Positions 59,778 to 64,000 of a stretch of 64,000 nt of DNA are shown piece after piece. Under the pieces are notes generated by a model. It saw only the letters and a list, made by a program, of their open reading frames with translations, was not told the DNA's origin and searched no databases. Origin of the DNA: the human T2T-CHM13v2.0 reference genome, Homo sapiens; assembly GCF_009914755.1 (NCBI RefSeq), contig NC_060929.1; one strand, written 5' to 3'. Position numbers and translations under genes: made by a program. Position 1 is the stretch's first letter. Each line of letters opens with the position of its first letter.

Positions 59778-60747
59778 CTACACACTGCTTCAAATGTGTC
59801 CCAGAGATTCTGGTAAATGTGTCCCAGAGATTCTGGTACGTTGTGTCTTTGTTCTCATTGATTTCAAGAACATCTTTATTTCTGCTTTAATTTCATTAGT
59901 TACCCAGTAGTCATTCAGGAGCAGGTTGTTCAATTTCCATGTAGTTGTGTGGTTTTGATTGAGTTTCCTAATCCTGAGTTCTAATTTGATTGCACTGTGG
60001 TCTGAAAGACTGTTTGTTATGATTTCCATTCTTTTGCATTTGCTGAGGAGTGTTTTACTTCCAGTTATGTGGTTAATTTTAGAATAAGTGTGATGTGGTG
60101 CTGAGAAGAATGTATATTCTGTTGATATGGGGTGGAGAGTTCTGTAGATGTCTATTAGGTCTGCTTGGTCCAGAGCTGAGTTCAAGTCCTGGATATCTTT
60201 GTTAATTTTCTGTCTCACTGATCTGTCTAATATTGACAGTGGGGTGTTAAAATCTCCCACTATTACTGTGTGGGAGTCCAAGTCTCTTTGTATGTCTCTA
60301 AGAACTTGCTTTATGAATCTGGGTGCTCCTGTATTGGGTGCATATATATTTAGGTTAGTTAGCTCTTCTTGTTGCATTGATCGCTTTAGCATTATGTAAT
60401 GCCCTTCTTTGTCTCTTTTGATCTTTGTTGGTTTAAAGTCTGTTTTATCAGAGACTAGGATTGTAACCCCTGCTTTTTTTGCTTTCCATTTGCTTGGTAA
60501 ATATTCCTCCATCCCTTTATTTTGAGCCATGTGTGTCTTTGCATGTGAGATGGGTCTCCTGAATACAGCACACCGATGGGTCTTGACTCTTTATCCAATT
60601 TGCCAGTCTGTGTCTTTTAATTGGGGCATTTAGCCCATTTACATTTAAGGTTAATATTGTTATGTGTGAATTTGATCCTGCCATTATGATGCTAACTGGT
60701 TATTTTGCCTGTTAGTTGATGCAGTTTCTTCATAGCATCGATGATCT

Positions 60748-61761
60748 TTACAATTTGGTATGTTTTTGCAGTGGCTGGTACCAGTTGTTCCTTTCCATGT
60801 TTAGTGCTTCCTTCAGGAGCTCTTGTAAGGCAGGCCTGGTGGTGACAAAATCCCTCAGCATTTGCTTGTCTGTAAAGGATTTTATTTCTCCTTTGCTTAT
60901 GAAGGTTAGTTTGGCTGGATATGAAATTCTGGGTTGAAAATTCTTTCTTTAAGAATGTTGAATATTGGCCCCCACTCTCTTCTGGCTTTCTAGGGTTTCT
61001 GTTGACAGATCCACTGTTAGTCTGATGGGCTTTCCTTTGTGGGTAACATGACCTTTCTCTGTGGCTGCCCTTAACATTTTTTCCTTCATTTCAACCTTGG
61101 TGAATCTGATGATTATTTGTCTTGGGGTTGCTCTTCTTGAGGAGTATCTTTGTGGTGTTTTCTGTATTTCCTGAATTTGAATGTTGGCCTGCCTTGCTAG
61201 GTTGGGGAAGTTCTTCTGGATAATATCCTGAAGCGTGTTTCCATTCTCCTCATCACTTTCAGGTACACCAATCAAATGTAGATTTGGTCTTTTCACATAG
61301 TCCCATATTTCTTGGAGGCTTTGTGTGTTTCTTTTCACTCTATCTTCTCTAATCTTGTCTTCTTGCTTTATTTCATTGAGTTGATCTTCAATCTCTGATA
61401 TCCTTTCTTCCACTTGATCGATTTGGCTATTGATACTTGTGTATGCTTCACGAAGTTCTCGTGCTGTGTTTTTCAGCTCTATCAGGTCATTTATGTTCTT
61501 CTCTAAACTGATTATTCTAGTTAGCAATTCCTCTAACCTTTTTTCAAGGTTCTTAGCTTCCTTGCATTGGGTTAGAACATGCTCCTTTAGCTTGGAGGAG
61601 TTTGTTATTACCCACCTTCTGAAGCCTACTTCTGTCAATTCGTCAAACTCATTCTCCATCCAGTTTTGTTCCCTTGCTAGCAAGGAGTTGTGATTCTTTG
61701 GAGGAGAAGAGGTGTTCTGGTTTTTGGAATTTTCAGCCTTTTTGTGCTGGTTTCTCCCCAT
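60748..61761 (-). pseudogene. L1 ORF1p, frameshifted
   Basis: MGRNQHKKAENSKNQ...EIWDYVKRPNL...RFTKVEMKEKML; frame shift near 60990. Confidence 0.9.
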
Positions 61762-63574
61762 CTTCGTGGATTTATCTACCTTTGGTCTTTGATGTTGGTG
61801 ACCTTTGGATGGGGTCTCTGAGTGGATGTCCTTTTTGTTGATGTTGATACTATTCTTTTTGTTAGTTTTCCTTCTAACAGTCAGGCCCCTCTGCTTCAGG
61901 TCTGCTGGAGTTTGCTGGAGGTCCTCTTCAGACCCTATTTGCCTGGGTATCACCATCAGAGGCTGCAGAACAGCAAAGTTTGCTGCCTGCTCTTTCTTCT
62001 GGGAGCTTCATCCCAGAGGGGCACCTGCCAGATGCCAGCCAGAGCTCTCCTGTATGAGGTGTCCGTAGGCCCCTACTGGGAGGTGACTCCCAGTCAGGAT
62101 ACATGGGGGTCAGGGACCAACTTGAGGAGGAAGTCTGTCCCTTATCAGAGCTCAAACGCTGTGCTGGGAGATCCGCTGCTCTCTTCAGAGCTGTCAGGCA
62201 GGGATGTTTAAGTTTGCTGAAGCTGTGCCCACAGCTGCTCCTTCCCCCAGGTGCTCTGTCCCAGGGAGATGGGAGTTTTATCTATAAGCCCCTGACTGGG
62301 GCTGCTGCCTTTTTTTCAGAGATGCCCTGCCCAGAGAGGAGGAATCTAGAGAGGCAGCCTGGCTGCAGCGGCCTTGCTGAGCTGTGGTGGGCTCCACCCA
62401 GTTCAAACTTCCCAGTGGCTTTGTTTACACTGTGAGGGTAAAGCTACCCACTCAAGTCTCAGCAATGGTGGATGCCCCTCCCCCAACCAAGCTCAAGTGT
62501 CCCAGGTTGACCTCAGACTGCTGTGCTAGCAGCAAGAATTTCAAGCCAGTGGATCTTAGCTTGCTGGGCTCCATTGGGGTGAAACCCGCCACACCAGACC
62601 ACTTGGCTCTCTGGCTTCTGCCCCCTTTCCAGGGGAGTGAATGGTTCTGTCTCACTGGCATTCCAGGTTGCACTGGGGTATGAAAAAAAAAACTCCTGTA
62701 GCTAGCTTGGTGTCTGCCCAAATGGCCACCCAGTTTTGTGCTTGAAACCCAGGGCCCTGGTGGTGTAGGCACCGGAGGGAATCTCCTGCTCTGCCAGTTG
62801 CGATGACCATGGGAAAAGCGCATTATCTGGGCCAGAGTGCACCATTCCTCCCAGTACAGTCTCTCACGGCTTCCCTTGGCTGGGGGAGGGAAATCCCCCG
62901 ACCCCTTGTACTTCCCAGGTGAGGTGATGCCCCACCCTGCTTCAGCTCGCCCTCTGTGGGCTGCACCCACTGTCCAACCAGTCCCAGTGAGATGAACTGT
63001 GTACCTCAGTTGGAAATGCAGAAATCACCTGCCTTCTGTGTCGATCTCACTGGGAGATGCAGACTGGAGCTGTTCCTATTCAGTCATCTTGCTAGCAAAT
63101 CAAAACAAGTGAGTTTTATGGTATGTAAATTATACCCCCAGCAAAGCTGTTTAAAAAAATAAATAAGTCCAGAACGAAGAAGTTAGTGCCTTGCTGCTGC
63201 CCAGGGAGTAAATACAATGCTTTAGCAGAAATGTCAGGGCACTGTTCAATTTTCCTACATCTATCAGATCATGTCAGATAGAAGTTCTGAGGGACGCCCA
63301 AGAAACCATCCTGATTAGACTACACAAAGTCTGTGCAGACACAGTGAATTCTCCTTACCTTGGGGCCATCCAGCCTTAATGCTTTGTTGTACGTATGTGT
63401 AGAGGAAGACGTGTGCTTCAGTGGCAAATTATAGCATGCTTTTCTACATGGCAGATTCTAATTCCTTGGGAGTTATTGTACAACACTGTATCTTATAGGT
63501 AGCAGATACAAATGCAAAATGGTTTTTGTCTATAGACATGCAAATTCTGTCCTGTCCAGCAGAAGTGCAACTGA

Positions 63575-63993
<419 letters not shown>

Positions 63994-64000
63994 TTTTTAT

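Noticed and set aside
59793-59838. 23-bp tandem duplication aaatgtgtcccagagattctggt in L1
   Set aside because: Ordinary slippage-type tandem duplication.
60949-61956. 335-aa ORF resembling an intact ORF1p
   Set aside because: The true ATG is at 61761 and the C-terminus is frameshifted; ORF2 is heavily disrupted, so the L1 is not active.

Overview
Primate (human-like) genomic DNA, dominated by interspersed repeats. A CpG island at ~16.5-17.75 kb carries the promoter and ATG-less first exon (17019 to ~17300) of a minus-strand spliced gene. Bases 1-17018 are then its first intron, and no coding exon is visible. The gene tentatively resembles DENND4A from memory, but this is unverified, so no symbol is given. 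The remaining ~46 kb is intergenic. It contains about 50 Alus, old L1M/L2/MIR, several MaLR/ERV LTRs, two MER9 (HML-3) solo LTRs, a truncated HERV-H 3' end, a full-length but inactivated L1PA7-like element with nested insertions, and two non-TE retrocopies of mRNA 3' ends. No intact host protein-coding ORF was found; the ORF track is almost all Alu/L1/GC-rich noise. The most unusual signal is a set of short local templated duplications, both inverted and direct (about 20-455 bp, source within 3 kb). These look like fossil template-switch or polymerase-theta-type repair events, and one nests inside another. I see no convincing evidence of a novel gene system. Repeat subfamily names are from recalled consensus features, and identities are hand counts.
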